DNA from: an uncultured Bacteroidales bacterium
Lineage (GTDB): Bacteria; Bacteroidota; Bacteroidia; Bacteroidales; G3-4614
Length of the DNA: 64,000 bases
Direction of reading: 5' to 3'
Assembly (NCBI GenBank): GCA_949297125.1
Contig: CASFRS010000013.1
Span: 822-64,821, forward strand
The notes under the pieces were generated by a model, which was given only the letters and a program-made list of their open reading frames with translations, was not told the origin of the DNA and made no database searches. Positions 37,510 to 48,016 of the stretch are shown one piece after another (the first letter of the stretch is position 1; the number at the start of each line of letters is the position of its first letter). The translations under genes and the position numbers were made by a program.

Positions 37510-38217
37510 ATGGATAAGCACAAGACACTTCTTGCCTCGCTGATTCTGGCAGCCGGCATATTTTTCGGGGGACTGTCCATCGGTAATGCGTTGACCAACT
37601 TCAGGAATTCTGACAGGTGCGTTTCCGTAAGGGGCCTTGCGGAACGGGAAGTCAAAGCCGACAACGTAATATGGCCTCTGGTATACAAGGAGACGGGAAA
37701 CAACCTGAATGCCATATACGACAACATAAAGACAAAAAACGGGATAATAACCTCTTTTCTTAAGAAAGAGGGGATTGCCGATGAAGAGATATTCATTTCC
37801 GCACCCGAAATAATAGACCTGGAGGCTGAACGCTACCAGAGCAACACCCCCGGCTACCGGTACAACGTTACTTCGGTAATAACGGTCTCGTCGGGCAAGG
37901 TGGATCTGGTCCGCGAACTGATGACCCGTCAGGTTGAACTGCTCAGAAAGGGGGTGGCCATTACAGGCGGCGACTACCGGTACAATGCGGAGTTTTCTTT
38001 CAACGGGCTGAACAGCATAAAGCCCGAAATGATTGAGGAGGCCACCAAAAACGCCCGCGAAGCTGCAGAAAAATTCGCCATGGATTCGGACAGCAAGCTG
38101 GGTAAAATCAAGAATGCCAGTCAGGGCCTCTTCTCTATTTACGACAGGGACAGCAACACGCCTTACATCAAGAAGGTCAGGGTGGTTACTTCAGTAAATT
38201 ATTTCCTGGAGGATTGA
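37510..38217 (+). CDS. SIMPL (DUF541) domain-containing protein
   Basis: ATG at 37510 (MDKHKTLLASLILAAGIFFGG…). Contains VSVRGLAEREVKADNVIW… The pattern is typical of SIMPL/YggE-like proteins. Confidence 0.65.
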   Translation: MDKHKTLLASLILAAGIFFGGLSIGNALTNFRNSDRCVSVRGLAEREVKADNVIWPLVYKETGNNLNAIYDNIKTKNGIITSFLKKEGIADEEIFISAPEIIDLEAERYQSNTPGYRYNVTSVITVSSGKVDLVRELMTRQVELLRKGVAITGGDYRYNAEFSFNGLNSIKPEMIEEATKNAREAAEKFAMDSDSKLGKIKNASQGLFSIYDRDSNTPYIKKVRVVTSVNYFLED

Positions 38218-38660
38218 TTTTGGAGATTACGGACGATGAACGCTTTATGGCGGCCGCCTTGAAAGAGGCCGAGGAGGCTGCCGGCGACGGAGAGGTACCC
38301 GTAGGTGCTGTTGTAGTATGCAATGGGCGGATAGTGGCCCGGGCGCACAACCTTACGGAAATGCTGAACGACGTTACGGCCCACGCAGAAATGCAGGCCA
38401 TTACTGCAGCCGCAGCGGAGTTGGGAGGGAAATATCTGAACGACTGCACGCTGTATGTTACCCTTGAACCGTGTGTGATGTGTGCAGGGGGTATCGGATG
38501 GGCGCAACTCGGCAGGCTCGTCTATGGGGCGGACGACCCGAAACGGGGGTTTTCCCGTTTCGCCCCGAATGCGCTGCACCCCAAAACGGAAGTATGCAAA
38601 GGGGTTCTGGCGGATAGATGTTCCGAGATTGTCAGGTCTTTTTTCAAACAGAAACGATAA
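38214..38660 (+). CDS. tadA: tRNA adenosine(34) deaminase
   Basis: HAEMQAI and PCVMCAG deaminase Zn motifs. Apparent TTG start overlapping the upstream stop. An ATG at 38247 would remove conserved N-terminal residues. Confidence 0.88.
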   Translation: MILEITDDERFMAAALKEAEEAAGDGEVPVGAVVVCNGRIVARAHNLTEMLNDVTAHAEMQAITAAAAELGGKYLNDCTLYVTLEPCVMCAGGIGWAQLGRLVYGADDPKRGFSRFAPNALHPKTEVCKGVLADRCSEIVRSFFKQKR

Positions 38661-38681
38661 CTATCTACATTTTAACTTAAT

Positions 38682-38960
38682 ATGGAGGGGAAAAAGCTGA
38701 GGGTTGCCCTGGATGTAAAGCCCGATATGGCTCTTCTGCTGGGAATGATTCTGCTGGGGGGCTCTTACGGAATTAGAACGGCCAGCAAACTGCTTACGGC
38801 CAAAAGCATAAAGGACATGCACGATATAGGTTCGTCGATAATGAAACAGGTTGGCGACCAGGTTGACCTCGACAGTTTCGAGGCTGATATTATGGACAAG
38901 CTTTCGGATGAGGAGAAAAAGTTCTTCGCCGAACTGAAAAACGCCGTCCTGTACCGCTGA
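38682..38960 (+). CDS. hypothetical small protein (one hydrophobic segment)
   Basis: 92 aa, MEGKKLRVALDVKPDMALLLGMILLGGSYGI… I recognise no family. Confidence 0.4.
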   Translation: MEGKKLRVALDVKPDMALLLGMILLGGSYGIRTASKLLTAKSIKDMHDIGSSIMKQVGDQVDLDSFEADIMDKLSDEEKKFFAELKNAVLYR

Positions 38961-39010
38961 TTCCTGCCGGCCTCCGACCTGCGCCGGATACGACATTTCC
39001 GCATATCAGG

Positions 39011-39922
39011 TTAAAAGCGGAACTTCATCCCCTCGTATGCAAGCACGGTATCGGGGAATATCGGGCGTGCCTCCTCGAGAAAACGGGATTCATCTTTGTA
39101 CCGGCTGGAATAATGCCCTATTATAAGCGTTCCCGCCGCGGCCTGCCGCGCTATTTCGGCAGCCTGCGCCGCCGTACTGTGATAGCGGCTTTTTGCCTGT
39201 TCGGCATATTCGCCGGTATATGTCGCCTCGTGATACAATACAGTTACCCCTTTTATGTACGGCACTATGCTTTTTGTGTATACCGTGTCGGAGCAGTAGG
39301 CATAGCTTTGCGACGGCGACGGCGGCAGGACAAGTCTTTCATTCGGGACCGTCTCCCCGTCCGGGAGCGTATAGCCGGCACCTTCCTTTATCGCCTGCAA
39401 TTCCTTTAACGGTATCCCATAACGTTCTGCCGCGGATTTGTCGATATGCGGCAACTTTGCTTTTTCATCGAACCGGAACCCGTAAGAAGGGACGCGGTGC
39501 CTTAACGGGAATGACGTAACGGCAAGCGATTTATCCTCGTATATTACCCCACCCTTTACTGGCAGGGGGGCGAACACCACCTTGAACAGGTCGTTGCGGC
39601 AAAAGTAATCGAGCCATGGGGCGAGCAGGGCCTCAAGGTCGCGGTGCGCATGGATTGTCAGTTCGCCCGTTTTTCCCTGCAACACCAATGTGGATATAAA
39701 CCCTATAAGACCGAAACAATGGTCGCCGTGCAAATGGGATATGAATATGTGCCCTACCCTGTTCAGGTTGAATCCGTACCGGAAGAACTCGCGCTGCGCC
39801 CCCTCGCCGCAATCTATCATGAACAGCTTGCCGCGGTACGACAGGATTTGCGACGACGGCAGATGCCTTGCCCATGACCTTGCGGAACCGCACCCCAATA
39901 TAGTCAGTTCAAATTCCCCCAT
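39011..39922 (-). CDS. rnz: ribonuclease Z
   Basis: 303 aa, MGEFELTILGCGSA…FISHLHGDHCFGL (metallo-beta-lactamase HxHxDH). Confidence 0.9.
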   Translation of the reverse strand: MGEFELTILGCGSARSWARHLPSSQILSYRGKLFMIDCGEGAQREFFRYGFNLNRVGHIFISHLHGDHCFGLIGFISTLVLQGKTGELTIHAHRDLEALLAPWLDYFCRNDLFKVVFAPLPVKGGVIYEDKSLAVTSFPLRHRVPSYGFRFDEKAKLPHIDKSAAERYGIPLKELQAIKEGAGYTLPDGETVPNERLVLPPSPSQSYAYCSDTVYTKSIVPYIKGVTVLYHEATYTGEYAEQAKSRYHSTAAQAAEIARQAAAGTLIIGHYSSRYKDESRFLEEARPIFPDTVLAYEGMKFRF

Positions 39923-39983
39923 ATAAGAACCTCCAGCATTTTTGTTTTCTTTTGCTAATATACTGCTTTTATCGCATTATATA

Positions 39984-39991
39984 TATATTTG
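39984..39991 (+). promoter_or_regulatory. -7 box TATATTTG upstream of the 40081 gene
   Basis: 90 nt upstream of ATG 40081. It lies inside the over-long tracked ORF (39952 start), which argues against that start. Confidence 0.35.
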
Positions 39992-40080
39992 CTGCATCGC
40001 TTATCTCTCTCTTGCAGAGATACGCCGATAGAGTAATCCGAAAATCTAAGAGAGTAGGAAGTTTTTTTAATCTTATTTTT

Positions 40081-40581
40081 ATGAAATTCTTATCATCGAT
40101 ATTGCTGGCTGTTTTTATTTGCTCGGCAGGTATTGTTAATGCTCAAACGGATGAGGAGACTCAGGCCTCGAAAAACCGTATTGCGGAATTGCTGAATCTG
40201 AATTTATCGTCAAACAGCGGTATTGAACCGCTCGACAAGTTCGTGAACGCCGTTCAGGATGCATCGGACGAAAGTATTGCCATTTCAAAATCGCTCGATG
40301 AAATGACCCAACGGATGAACGGGGAGACAGACACCCCGTCCGTAACCGAACTTACCGGTTTGAGCACCCGTATCAGCAATCTGGCTTCCTCTACCGCCGA
40401 AGCTTCCAAACTGTCGGTCGATGCCGTCAAAAGCCTGAAAGAGGTAAAAAAGAGCCCCATGAAAATGGTGAGTGCTACCAATTCGCTCAACAACGCAAAG
40501 AAAGCCCTGGAAATAATAACAAAAGAGATCTCATATCAGGTCAAGACCGTTTCGGGAATGATAAAGGCCGTATTGAAATAG
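40081..40581 (+). CDS. hypothetical secreted helical protein
   Basis: ATG at 40081, signal MKFLSSILLAVFICSAGIVNA|Q. Ser/Leu/Lys-rich helical sequence. I recognise no family. Confidence 0.5.
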   Translation: MKFLSSILLAVFICSAGIVNAQTDEETQASKNRIAELLNLNLSSNSGIEPLDKFVNAVQDASDESIAISKSLDEMTQRMNGETDTPSVTELTGLSTRISNLASSTAEASKLSVDAVKSLKEVKKSPMKMVSATNSLNNAKKALEIITKEISYQVKTVSGMIKAVLK

Positions 40582-40604
40582 GGCCTTTCAAACAGCCGCC
40601 CGAT

Positions 40605-41522
40605 TCATGCGCGCGCGGAGAGGTGTTGTTTTTCCGCCTTGCGCTCGTGGTTTATCAACTGCCATGAGTTGATTATATTCTGCCATACTATATATGCGGC
40701 AGGGGCTACCGACGACAACGGGGAGAGATAGGTAAACGCCATCCATATGCAAAGGACCGTGTTTTTCTGTCCCAGCCCCTGCCCGCCGGCTATCCTGTCG
40801 CCGTAACGGGCACCTATTTTCTTGCCTATGTAAAACTGGAACACGCACACTGCCAGTGCGGCAACGGCAAGGACACTCTCGTATGCGGCTTTTTCGCTGC
40901 CGTTACTTACTATATACCCCATTGAACGCCCCAGCACTATTATCAGGGCCAACGCCCACAGGTAGAACGACAGAGACTGGCTTTCATAAAAGAACTTGTG
41001 CGCCCGGGGAAATGCCTTGCGCATTATGAATGCCAGTATCATGGGGGCTACTATGAGAGGGAATATCTGACGGGATATTATCCATACCGATTCGCCGAAC
41101 GGCAACTCGGTATGCGCCCCTATGAATGAAAACAGAATCGGCGACAGGACCGCCACGGTAATGTTGCTCAGCATGCTGTACGATATGACCGACGCTATAC
41201 TGCCTCCGAGCATGGAGGTTATTACCGGCGATGAGGTTGCCGTAGGACAGAACATGCAGATAAAGGCGCCTTCGGCCACTATTTTATTGAAAGGTAACAG
41301 GGCGAAATAGACAGCCAGAGCCACGACGACCTGTATGCCGAGCAGCATGAGGTGCTGCGGCTTTATACGCACGTCCTTTACGGAAAGGCGGCAATACGGG
41401 ACCAGCAGCATGAGGAATATCAGATAGGGCGACAGGAATACGATATATTCTATCTCCTTGTAGAACAACACGCCCGACAACATTGCCAGCGGGAGGATAT
41501 ATATTTTTATATGGTTCTTCAT
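40605..41522 (-). CDS. bile acid:sodium symporter (SBF-like) family transporter
   Basis: ATG at 41522 (MKNHIKIYILPLAML…). About 9-10 TM segments, and …GAFICMFCPTATSSPVITSMLGG… resembles the SBF core. Confidence 0.55.
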   Translation of the reverse strand: MKNHIKIYILPLAMLSGVLFYKEIEYIVFLSPYLIFLMLLVPYCRLSVKDVRIKPQHLMLLGIQVVVALAVYFALLPFNKIVAEGAFICMFCPTATSSPVITSMLGGSIASVISYSMLSNITVAVLSPILFSFIGAHTELPFGESVWIISRQIFPLIVAPMILAFIMRKAFPRAHKFFYESQSLSFYLWALALIIVLGRSMGYIVSNGSEKAAYESVLAVAALAVCVFQFYIGKKIGARYGDRIAGGQGLGQKNTVLCIWMAFTYLSPLSSVAPAAYIVWQNIINSWQLINHERKAEKQHLSARA

Positions 41523-41642
41523 TGCGGGTGCAAATTTCGGCAAAATATCTTTTCGTTATCATCCCCGGATGCAATTTTTACTGTTTACTGCAGGGATATG
41601 CGGTATTTTTCTTTTTCCGGCAATGCGTATCCGCTTTTTTTG

Positions 41643-41650
41643 TAAATTTG
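41643..41650 (+). promoter_or_regulatory. -7 box TAAATTTG upstream of the TM2-DUF2752 pair
   Basis: 106 nt upstream of ATG 41756. Confidence 0.3.
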
Positions 41651-41755
41651 TCTGACGCCGGATGTAGGGACAAAAGGCTTGTAGACCGACGTTTTCAATA
41701 GTCCATGTCCCGGTTTTCCGATATGCTTGAACGTTTTACCATAAAATTACCTGTT

Positions 41756-42091
41756 ATGGATACAGATAAGGCCAGTTTATTTTTAATCGCCAATAACGAC
41801 AAGTTCCCGGAAGAGTATATTGTCCATTTGAAAGAGCGTATCGACAAGTGCGACGAGACAAAACTGAACATGCTCTACATGCTGCAGTTCAAGGACCCGA
41901 CCATAACTTTGGTCCTATCGTTGTTTGTCGGGAGTTTAGGCATAGACCGCTTCTATTTGGGAGATACGGGACTTGGAGTAATTAAATTGCTGACCTGCGG
42001 AGGTCTCGGTATCTGGACCATAGTCGACTGGTTCTTGATAATGGGCATTGCCCGTGAAAAAAATTTCAACAAGGCGATGTCTGTCTTATAA
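41756..42091 (+). CDS. TM2 domain-containing protein
   Basis: MDTDKASLFLIANNDKFPEEY…LSLFVGSLGIDRFYLGDTGLGVIKLLTCGGLGIWTIVDWFLI (TM2 signature). An alternative upstream ATG lies at 41705. Confidence 0.8.
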   Translation: MDTDKASLFLIANNDKFPEEYIVHLKERIDKCDETKLNMLYMLQFKDPTITLVLSLFVGSLGIDRFYLGDTGLGVIKLLTCGGLGIWTIVDWFLIMGIAREKNFNKAMSVL

Positions 42092-42099
42092 CCGGTTCC

Positions 42100-42510
42100 G
42101 TGATTACGGGAAAAAGGTGGACATATATTTTCCTCGTGTCGGCATGCGCCGGAGGTTTTTTATGGCTGAGTTTATCGCAGGCGCCGGTCTCTGACGGATT
42201 CAGCGTATGTGCTTTTAAACGGATGTGGGGCATACCGTGCCCTGCCTGCGGCACAACGCACGGCGTGGCAGAACTGCTTAAAGGGAATATTGCCGGTGCA
42301 TTCGGGTACAACCCCAATTCCTTTATCGTTGCAGCCGGTCTGCTGTTCATTCCGCTTTGTGCCCTGTTCGACCTTATAATGCATAAAGACTTGCTTTACA
42401 GGTCTTACATCTTTTTCTGCCGTATTATCCGCAAGACTGCCGTTATAATTCCGTTCCTGCTTGCCGAAATTTTGATATGGTGCCATGTTTTATGGCGGCA
42501 TTACGGGTAA
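42100..42510 (+). CDS. DUF2752 domain-containing membrane protein
   Basis: 136 aa with CAFKRMWGIPCPACGTTHG (DUF2752 CPxCG motif). Apparent GTG start 8 nt after the TM2 stop. Confidence 0.7.
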   Translation: MITGKRWTYIFLVSACAGGFLWLSLSQAPVSDGFSVCAFKRMWGIPCPACGTTHGVAELLKGNIAGAFGYNPNSFIVAAGLLFIPLCALFDLIMHKDLLYRSYIFFCRIIRKTAVIIPFLLAEILIWCHVLWRHYG

Positions 42511-42525
42511 TGCACGGCGCTTGCG

Positions 42526-44451
42526 CTATTGCACCCCTTTTTCAAGGAACTCTACAAAAGCCTCTATGTCTTCATCGTAACCGTAAGGCGAAGCCAGCGG
42601 CTCGCCCGACGGGGAGAGAAGCAGATAATATGGCTGCGCATTCGCCCCGAACTTGTAGCGCTGGAGGAAACTCCACTTGTCGCCCGTCGTACGCAGGGTC
42701 TTGCTTTTGCCGTTTTCTACTACCTGCACAGGCTCGGGCAGCAGGCGTTTGTCATCGACCATCAGTTTCACGAACACGTAATTGTCGTCCAACAGTTTTT
42801 TTACTCGCGAATCGGTAAATACGGCGGCTTCCATTTTCCGGCAGTTGACGCATCCGTACCCGGAAAAATCGACGAATACCGGTTTGCCCTGACGCTGCGC
42901 ATATGCCATTGCGCGGTCATAATCGTCGAATACGGCTTCTGCCTCTATATCGTGCAGGTTGAAATCCTGCGTGGAGACGGGAGGGAGAAACGCCGATACG
43001 GCTTTCAACGGGGCGCCCCACAACCCGGGGAGCATATACAGGGCAAACGACAACGGCACGATTGCAAGGAAAAGACGCGTTACGGAAAGGTATTGTACCG
43101 GGGCATCATGCCTGAACCTGATTGCGCCGAGAAGATACAGCCCCATCAGCGCAAATATCAATACCCACAGGGTTATGAACGTTTCGCGCGGAAGGATTCC
43201 CCACCCGTACGACAAATCGGCTACGGAGAGGAATTTCAGGGCGAAGGCCAGTTCGAGAAATGCCAGCACAACCTTTACGCTGTTCATCCACGCGCCCGAT
43301 TTTGGCATGGAACGGATTGCAGACGGGAAGATGGCAAACAGCGTGAAAGGCGCGGCCAGGGCCAGCGCAAAAGCAAACATCCCTACTGCCGGGCCCAATG
43401 TTATGCCGGACGTGGCCGCCTCAACCAACAGCGTACCTATAATAGGGCCTGTACAGGAGAATGAGACTAATGCCAGCGTAAAGGCCATAAGGAATATGCC
43501 GAGGAATCCTGTTGCCGCATCGGCCCTTGCATCTATCCTGGTTGTCCACGAAGACGGCAACTCAAGATTGAATGCCCCGAAAAAGGAGATTGCGAATACT
43601 ACAAGCAAAAGGAAGAAGAAGATATTGAAATAGGCATTGGTGGAGAGGTCATTCAGCGTGTTGGCTTCAAACAGTGTGGTTACTATAAGGCCGAGAGCCA
43701 GGTATATGACTATTATGGAAACGCCGAAAAGGGAAGCCTGGCGTATTGCCCGCCCGCGTGCCCCGGACTGCTTTATGAAATAACTTACCGTAAGGGGTAT
43801 CATGGGCCACACGCACGGTGTAAGAAGCGCGATTAGCCCCCCTATGAACCCGGCCGCAAAAATATACCATAACGGACGGCCTGCCGTAGATACGGGATTA
43901 CCGAGTTGCTGTATTTCGGATGTTACCGGTGCCCATGTGGACGGCAGGGCGTTTCCTGCCGACAGGCCTGCCTGCAAAGGTGCGGCACCGCCAGCGGATA
44001 CGGCGCCGGCAAAACGGAACTCTTCGGTTGTAGGGGGAAGGCAGGTCATATCGTTGCACCCCATGTAGCGGATGTTCCCCTCTATCTCGTAATCGGGGGA
44101 TGTTATTCTGGCCTCCTGAGTGAAGGTTACCTCCCCGCTGTACCATGTAAGGAGGAGCTCAAACAGGGGTTCGTATTTTTCCGTACCCTCGCGGTCGGCC
44201 TGCAACGTCCCTTTCAGTTCTACCCCTTCGGCCTTTGTATATGTTACCGTTGTCGGCTGCGGACCTCCGTCGGGTAGCTCCGTTCCGTACAGGTGCCACC
44301 CTGGCTCTATGACTGCCCTGTATTGCAACAGCAGCACGGTATCGTTCTGGGGCGTTTGCGTAAATTCCCATTTTACGGGTGTTACTATCTGCGCTGCGGC
44401 TATTTGCACCATAAAGACCGACAACAGAAACAAGATGCGGTGTAGTTTCAT
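42526..44451 (-). CDS. dsbD: protein-disulfide reductase DsbD-family protein
   Basis: 641 aa with signal peptide. It has an N-terminal DsbD-alpha-like domain, a CcdA-type TM core (LTPCVWPMIPL, FSCTGPIIG) and a C-terminal thioredoxin (GYGCVNCRKME). Confidence 0.85.
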   Translation of the reverse strand: MKLHRILFLLSVFMVQIAAAQIVTPVKWEFTQTPQNDTVLLLQYRAVIEPGWHLYGTELPDGGPQPTTVTYTKAEGVELKGTLQADREGTEKYEPLFELLLTWYSGEVTFTQEARITSPDYEIEGNIRYMGCNDMTCLPPTTEEFRFAGAVSAGGAAPLQAGLSAGNALPSTWAPVTSEIQQLGNPVSTAGRPLWYIFAAGFIGGLIALLTPCVWPMIPLTVSYFIKQSGARGRAIRQASLFGVSIIVIYLALGLIVTTLFEANTLNDLSTNAYFNIFFFLLLVVFAISFFGAFNLELPSSWTTRIDARADAATGFLGIFLMAFTLALVSFSCTGPIIGTLLVEAATSGITLGPAVGMFAFALALAAPFTLFAIFPSAIRSMPKSGAWMNSVKVVLAFLELAFALKFLSVADLSYGWGILPRETFITLWVLIFALMGLYLLGAIRFRHDAPVQYLSVTRLFLAIVPLSFALYMLPGLWGAPLKAVSAFLPPVSTQDFNLHDIEAEAVFDDYDRAMAYAQRQGKPVFVDFSGYGCVNCRKMEAAVFTDSRVKKLLDDNYVFVKLMVDDKRLLPEPVQVVENGKSKTLRTTGDKWSFLQRYKFGANAQPYYLLLSPSGEPLASPYGYDEDIEAFVEFLEKGVQ

Positions 44452-44688
44452 ATTAATGAGTTTTTAATTTACAGGACAAACGGGTTTCGGCTACTGACGT
44501 CCCGCGTATCCCGCGGAGGAGTTTTATGCCGTTTTGCGCAAAGGTAAGGTTTTTAATGCGATTTTGCTTATAGATGCCGTCTATTGCCATATAGATAACA
44601 ACTTCAGACGCATTTGTCCTTTTTACCGGTGCATATTTTCCGCCCCGGCGTCCGGACAGGGCCCGGCGGATGCCCCGCATAAATGCGG

Positions 44689-44731
44689 CAAAGGCGTCTG
44701 CCAGCTTGTATTGCGGCTGCAGACGCCTTTG
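44689..44731 (-). terminator. strong hairpin downstream of nqrF
   Basis: CAAAGGCGTCTGC…GCAGACGCCTTTG, a perfect 13-bp stem 27 nt after the nqrF stop. There is no clear T-tract. Confidence 0.55.
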
Positions 44732-44757
44732 TAAGGTTGTCGGACCGGTTACGGTTT

Positions 44758-46002
44758 TCAAGAACCGAAATCGTCGTACATAAGCATCTCTTTGGGTACA
44801 CCAAGATTCCAAAGCATCTTCTTCACGGCTTCGGCCATCGGGCCAGGACCGCACATGTAGTATTCTATGTCTTCGGGTGTTTCGTGGTCTTTCAGATAGT
44901 TGTCGTAGATTACCTGATGTATGAAACCGGTATATCCCGTCCAGTTGTCTTCCGGCTGGGGATCGGACAAGGCTATGTGGAACGAGAAGTTGGGGAATTC
45001 TTTTTCTATCTGACGGAAATCGTCCTCGTAGAATATCTCTTTTCTGGAACGCGCCCCATACCAGTAGGAGACTTTCCTGTCGGTTGTTTTAAGCGTCTTG
45101 AACAGATGCAGCAACTGCGCGCGCAACGGAGCCATACCTGCCCCGCCGCCTATGTAAAGCATTTCGCGTTTGGTATCGAGTATGTGGAACTCTCCGTAAG
45201 GACCGGATACGGTTACCTTGTCGCCGGGCTTGCGCGAGAAGATGTACGACGAACAGATTCCGGGATTTACCGGCTTCCATGCCCCCGTCGCACGGTCGAA
45301 CGGCGGTGTCGCTATCCTGATATTGAGCATAACGATATCCCCTTCGGCCGGATAATTGGCCATGGAGTAGGCACGATAAGTCTCTTCGTCGTTCTTTGCG
45401 ACCAGCCCCCACATCTTCACTTTGTCCCACTCCGGACGGAAGCGTTCGTCGATATCCATGTCGGAGAACTTTATCGCATCGTACTTGGGTACGTCTATCT
45501 GTATGTAGCTCCCGGGTTTGAAGTTGAGACGCTCGCCTTCGGGGAGTTTTACGACAAACTCCTTTATGAACGTCGACACGTTACGGTTGGAAACTACCTC
45601 GCACTCCCATTTCTTTATTCCGAGAACTTCCTGCGGTATATGTACTTCCATATCGCCCTTTACCTTTACCTGACAGGCAAGACGATAGTTGTCCTTTATC
45701 TGCTTGCGGTTGAAGAAACCTACTTCGGTGGGAAGTATCTCCCCGCCCCCGCTTACTACCTGGCACTTGCACATTCCGCAGTTGCCCTGTCCGCCGCATG
45801 CCGACGGAAGGAATATCTTACTGGACGAGAGGGTATTCAGTAACGAACCTCCGGATTTTGCCGCTATTTCGCGCTCTCCCTCGTTTATATCTACTTTAAC
45901 ATCGCCCGACGGCACCAGTTTGGCTTTTGCAATCAGCAGGACTGCCACCAGCAACAGTGTCATTATCAGGAATGTGGCTACGGCTACATAAATGGTCAGC
46001 AT
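44758..46002 (-). CDS. nqrF: Na+-translocating NADH:quinone reductase subunit F
   Basis: 414 aa with an N-terminal TM, a 2Fe-2S motif (CGGQGNCGMCKC) and a FAD/NADH domain. Confidence 0.95.
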   Translation of the reverse strand: MLTIYVAVATFLIMTLLLVAVLLIAKAKLVPSGDVKVDINEGEREIAAKSGGSLLNTLSSSKIFLPSACGGQGNCGMCKCQVVSGGGEILPTEVGFFNRKQIKDNYRLACQVKVKGDMEVHIPQEVLGIKKWECEVVSNRNVSTFIKEFVVKLPEGERLNFKPGSYIQIDVPKYDAIKFSDMDIDERFRPEWDKVKMWGLVAKNDEETYRAYSMANYPAEGDIVMLNIRIATPPFDRATGAWKPVNPGICSSYIFSRKPGDKVTVSGPYGEFHILDTKREMLYIGGGAGMAPLRAQLLHLFKTLKTTDRKVSYWYGARSRKEIFYEDDFRQIEKEFPNFSFHIALSDPQPEDNWTGYTGFIHQVIYDNYLKDHETPEDIEYYMCGPGPMAEAVKKMLWNLGVPKEMLMYDDFGS

Positions 46003-46033
46003 ATCTTCGATTCTTGTTTTTAATTTTCTATGA

Positions 46034-46648
46034 CTAAAGTTTTATTCCGAGGAAACTCATAAAGGCTATACCCATAAGCCCCGTAACTATAAACGTAATT
46101 CCTACTCCGCGCAACGGCTTGGGAATATTGGAATATGCAAGTTTCTCCCTTATGGCCGCTATGGCGACAATGGCTATCCACCAGCCTATGCCGGAACCGA
46201 TGCCGTACACGGTAGCCTGTCCTACCGACGGGAATTCGCGCTGCTGCATGAAGAGGGCGCCTCCGAGTATCGCACAGTTTACGGCGATAAGGGGGAGGAA
46301 TATCCCGAGAGAGTTATACAGCGAAGGCGAATATTTCTCCACTATCATCTCCACCAGCTGAACTATGGAAGCTATGACGGCAATGAAAAGGATAAGCGAG
46401 AGGAAACTTAAATCGACACTTGCAAAGTCGGCCCCGAGCCACTTCAGCGCCCCGGCCTTGAGGACATAGTTCTCCAGAAGGTAATTGACCGGAATGGTTA
46501 TGGCAAGGACGAACGTTACCGCCGCACCGAGACCTATCGCCGTTTTCACGTTCTTCGATACGGCCAGATACGAACACATACCGAGGAAGTAGGCGAAAAC
46601 CATATTGTCTATGAATATAGACTTTATAAATAAATTGAGAGTCTCCAT
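46034..46648 (-). CDS. nqrE: NQR subunit E
   Basis: 204 aa polytopic protein of the NqrE/RnfA family, in operon position. Confidence 0.92.
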   Translation of the reverse strand: METLNLFIKSIFIDNMVFAYFLGMCSYLAVSKNVKTAIGLGAAVTFVLAITIPVNYLLENYVLKAGALKWLGADFASVDLSFLSLILFIAVIASIVQLVEMIVEKYSPSLYNSLGIFLPLIAVNCAILGGALFMQQREFPSVGQATVYGIGSGIGWWIAIVAIAAIREKLAYSNIPKPLRGVGITFIVTGLMGIAFMSFLGIKL

Positions 46649-46667
46649 TTCCTATCTTGTCTTTTTG

Positions 46668-47294
46668 TTATTTGTCTTGTAAGTCCTTGTTGAACGAACG
46701 GTGAACCCAGATTATGCACCCTACCACTATCAGCGCCATGGGGGGGAGTATCATCAGCCCGTTGTTCTGGTAACCCATATCGTAGAACGACTGGGGTATT
46801 ACATGATAGCCGAAAAGCGTTCCGCTGCCGAGCAGTTCGCGGAAGAATGCTATTATTATAAGGATAAGCCCGTACCCGACGCCGTTGCCTACCCCGTCGA
46901 GGAACGATTCCCACGGCCCGTTGCCCATTGCGTAGGCTTCGAGACGCCCCATAAGTATACAGTTGGTTATTATGAGCCCTACGAATACGGACAACTGTTT
47001 GCTTACGTCATAGACGTAGGCTTTCAGTATCTGGTCGACAATGATAACGAGCGCAGCCACAACCACGAGCTGTACTATTATTCGGATATTGTTGGGGATT
47101 GTATTGCGCAACAGCGATATTATTACGTTGGAGAAGGCTACTACCGCCGTTACCGATACGGCCATGACGAATGCCGGTTCGAGTTTTGCCGTAACGGCGA
47201 GCGCAGAACAGATACCGAGTATCTGCACCACCACCGGATTGTTTTTTGAGAGCGGGCCCAACAGCGCCTCTCTGTTTTTCTTGGACAGGAACAT
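46668..47294 (-). CDS. nqrD: NQR subunit D
   Basis: 208 aa, …[18 protein letters not shown]… (NqrD/RnfE). Confidence 0.92.
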   Translation of the reverse strand: MFLSKKNREALLGPLSKNNPVVVQILGICSALAVTAKLEPAFVMAVSVTAVVAFSNVIISLLRNTIPNNIRIIVQLVVVAALVIIVDQILKAYVYDVSKQLSVFVGLIITNCILMGRLEAYAMGNGPWESFLDGVGNGVGYGLILIIIAFFRELLGSGTLFGYHVIPQSFYDMGYQNNGLMILPPMALIVVGCIIWVHRSFNKDLQDK

Positions 47295-47296
47295 GT

Positions 47297-48016
47297 CTAT
47301 TCTGCTATTTGTTGTGTTTGTAACGTTTTCAAAAATGTCTCATACGGTTTCAGCGAGTTGGAGAGCATGGCTTCCACCCCTTTGCTGGTTATTGTACCGC
47401 CGGATATTGCATCGACGTAGTCTGCCCCGTTAAGGGGTTTCTGCCCGACCTTCTGTACGGCTATGGACTTGAACTCGCCCCCTGCGAACAGGTCTTTCCC
47501 TCCGAACTGCTCGTAGAATGCAGGACGGTCTATCTCCGCCCCCAGTCCGGGAGTTTCGCCCTGATGGGCGAAATATGCCCCGTATACGGTTTTTCCGTCG
47601 CTGTTTATGGAGAGGTATCCCCATATGGGACCCCACAGACCCGCACCGTACATGGGAACTATGTATTTGGTGCTGCCGTCATCGACCTTGGCGATGAACA
47701 CGGGCAACTGCCGTTCGTTTTCGGGAAGCTTGACCTGCATGGCCACGTTTATGTTGAAGGCATCGGCCCCGGGTATCTCCTTGCCTGCCGCATCTATCAC
47801 CATGCTGCCGGTGATATACTTCTTGTAGAGTTCCTGCGCATCGGAGGCCGATGAAACTACTTTTACCGAACTCAGTATCTGCGTCATCTTGTCTATCTCT
47901 ATGTTGCGCTGCTGGGGCGCTTTGAGGGAGAGTGCCGCGAATGCGAGTACCGCGGCAACGACAATCACCATTACCGACGAGTATATTATCGTATATACGT
48001 TTGACTGCTTATTCAT
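47297..48016 (-). CDS. nqrC: NQR subunit C
   Basis: 239 aa with a single N-terminal TM and an FMN-attachment motif [12 protein letters not shown]. Confidence 0.9.
   Translation of the reverse strand: MNKQSNVYTIIYSSVMVIVVAAVLAFAALSLKAPQQRNIEIDKMTQILSSVKVVSSASDAQELYKKYITGSMVIDAAGKEIPGADAFNINVAMQVKLPENERQLPVFIAKVDDGSTKYIVPMYGAGLWGPIWGYLSINSDGKTVYGAYFAHQGETPGLGAEIDRPAFYEQFGGKDLFAGGEFKSIAVQKVGQKPLNGADYVDAISGGTITSKGVEAMLSNSLKPYETFLKTLQTQQIAE

Noticed and set aside
42511-42525. Only 15 bp between convergent DUF2752 and dsbD stops (also 3 bp between the 51119-52399 gene and the C_GCAxxG gene)
   Set aside because: Tight convergent spacing is common in compact bacterial genomes. There is no hairpin or other signal in the spacer.
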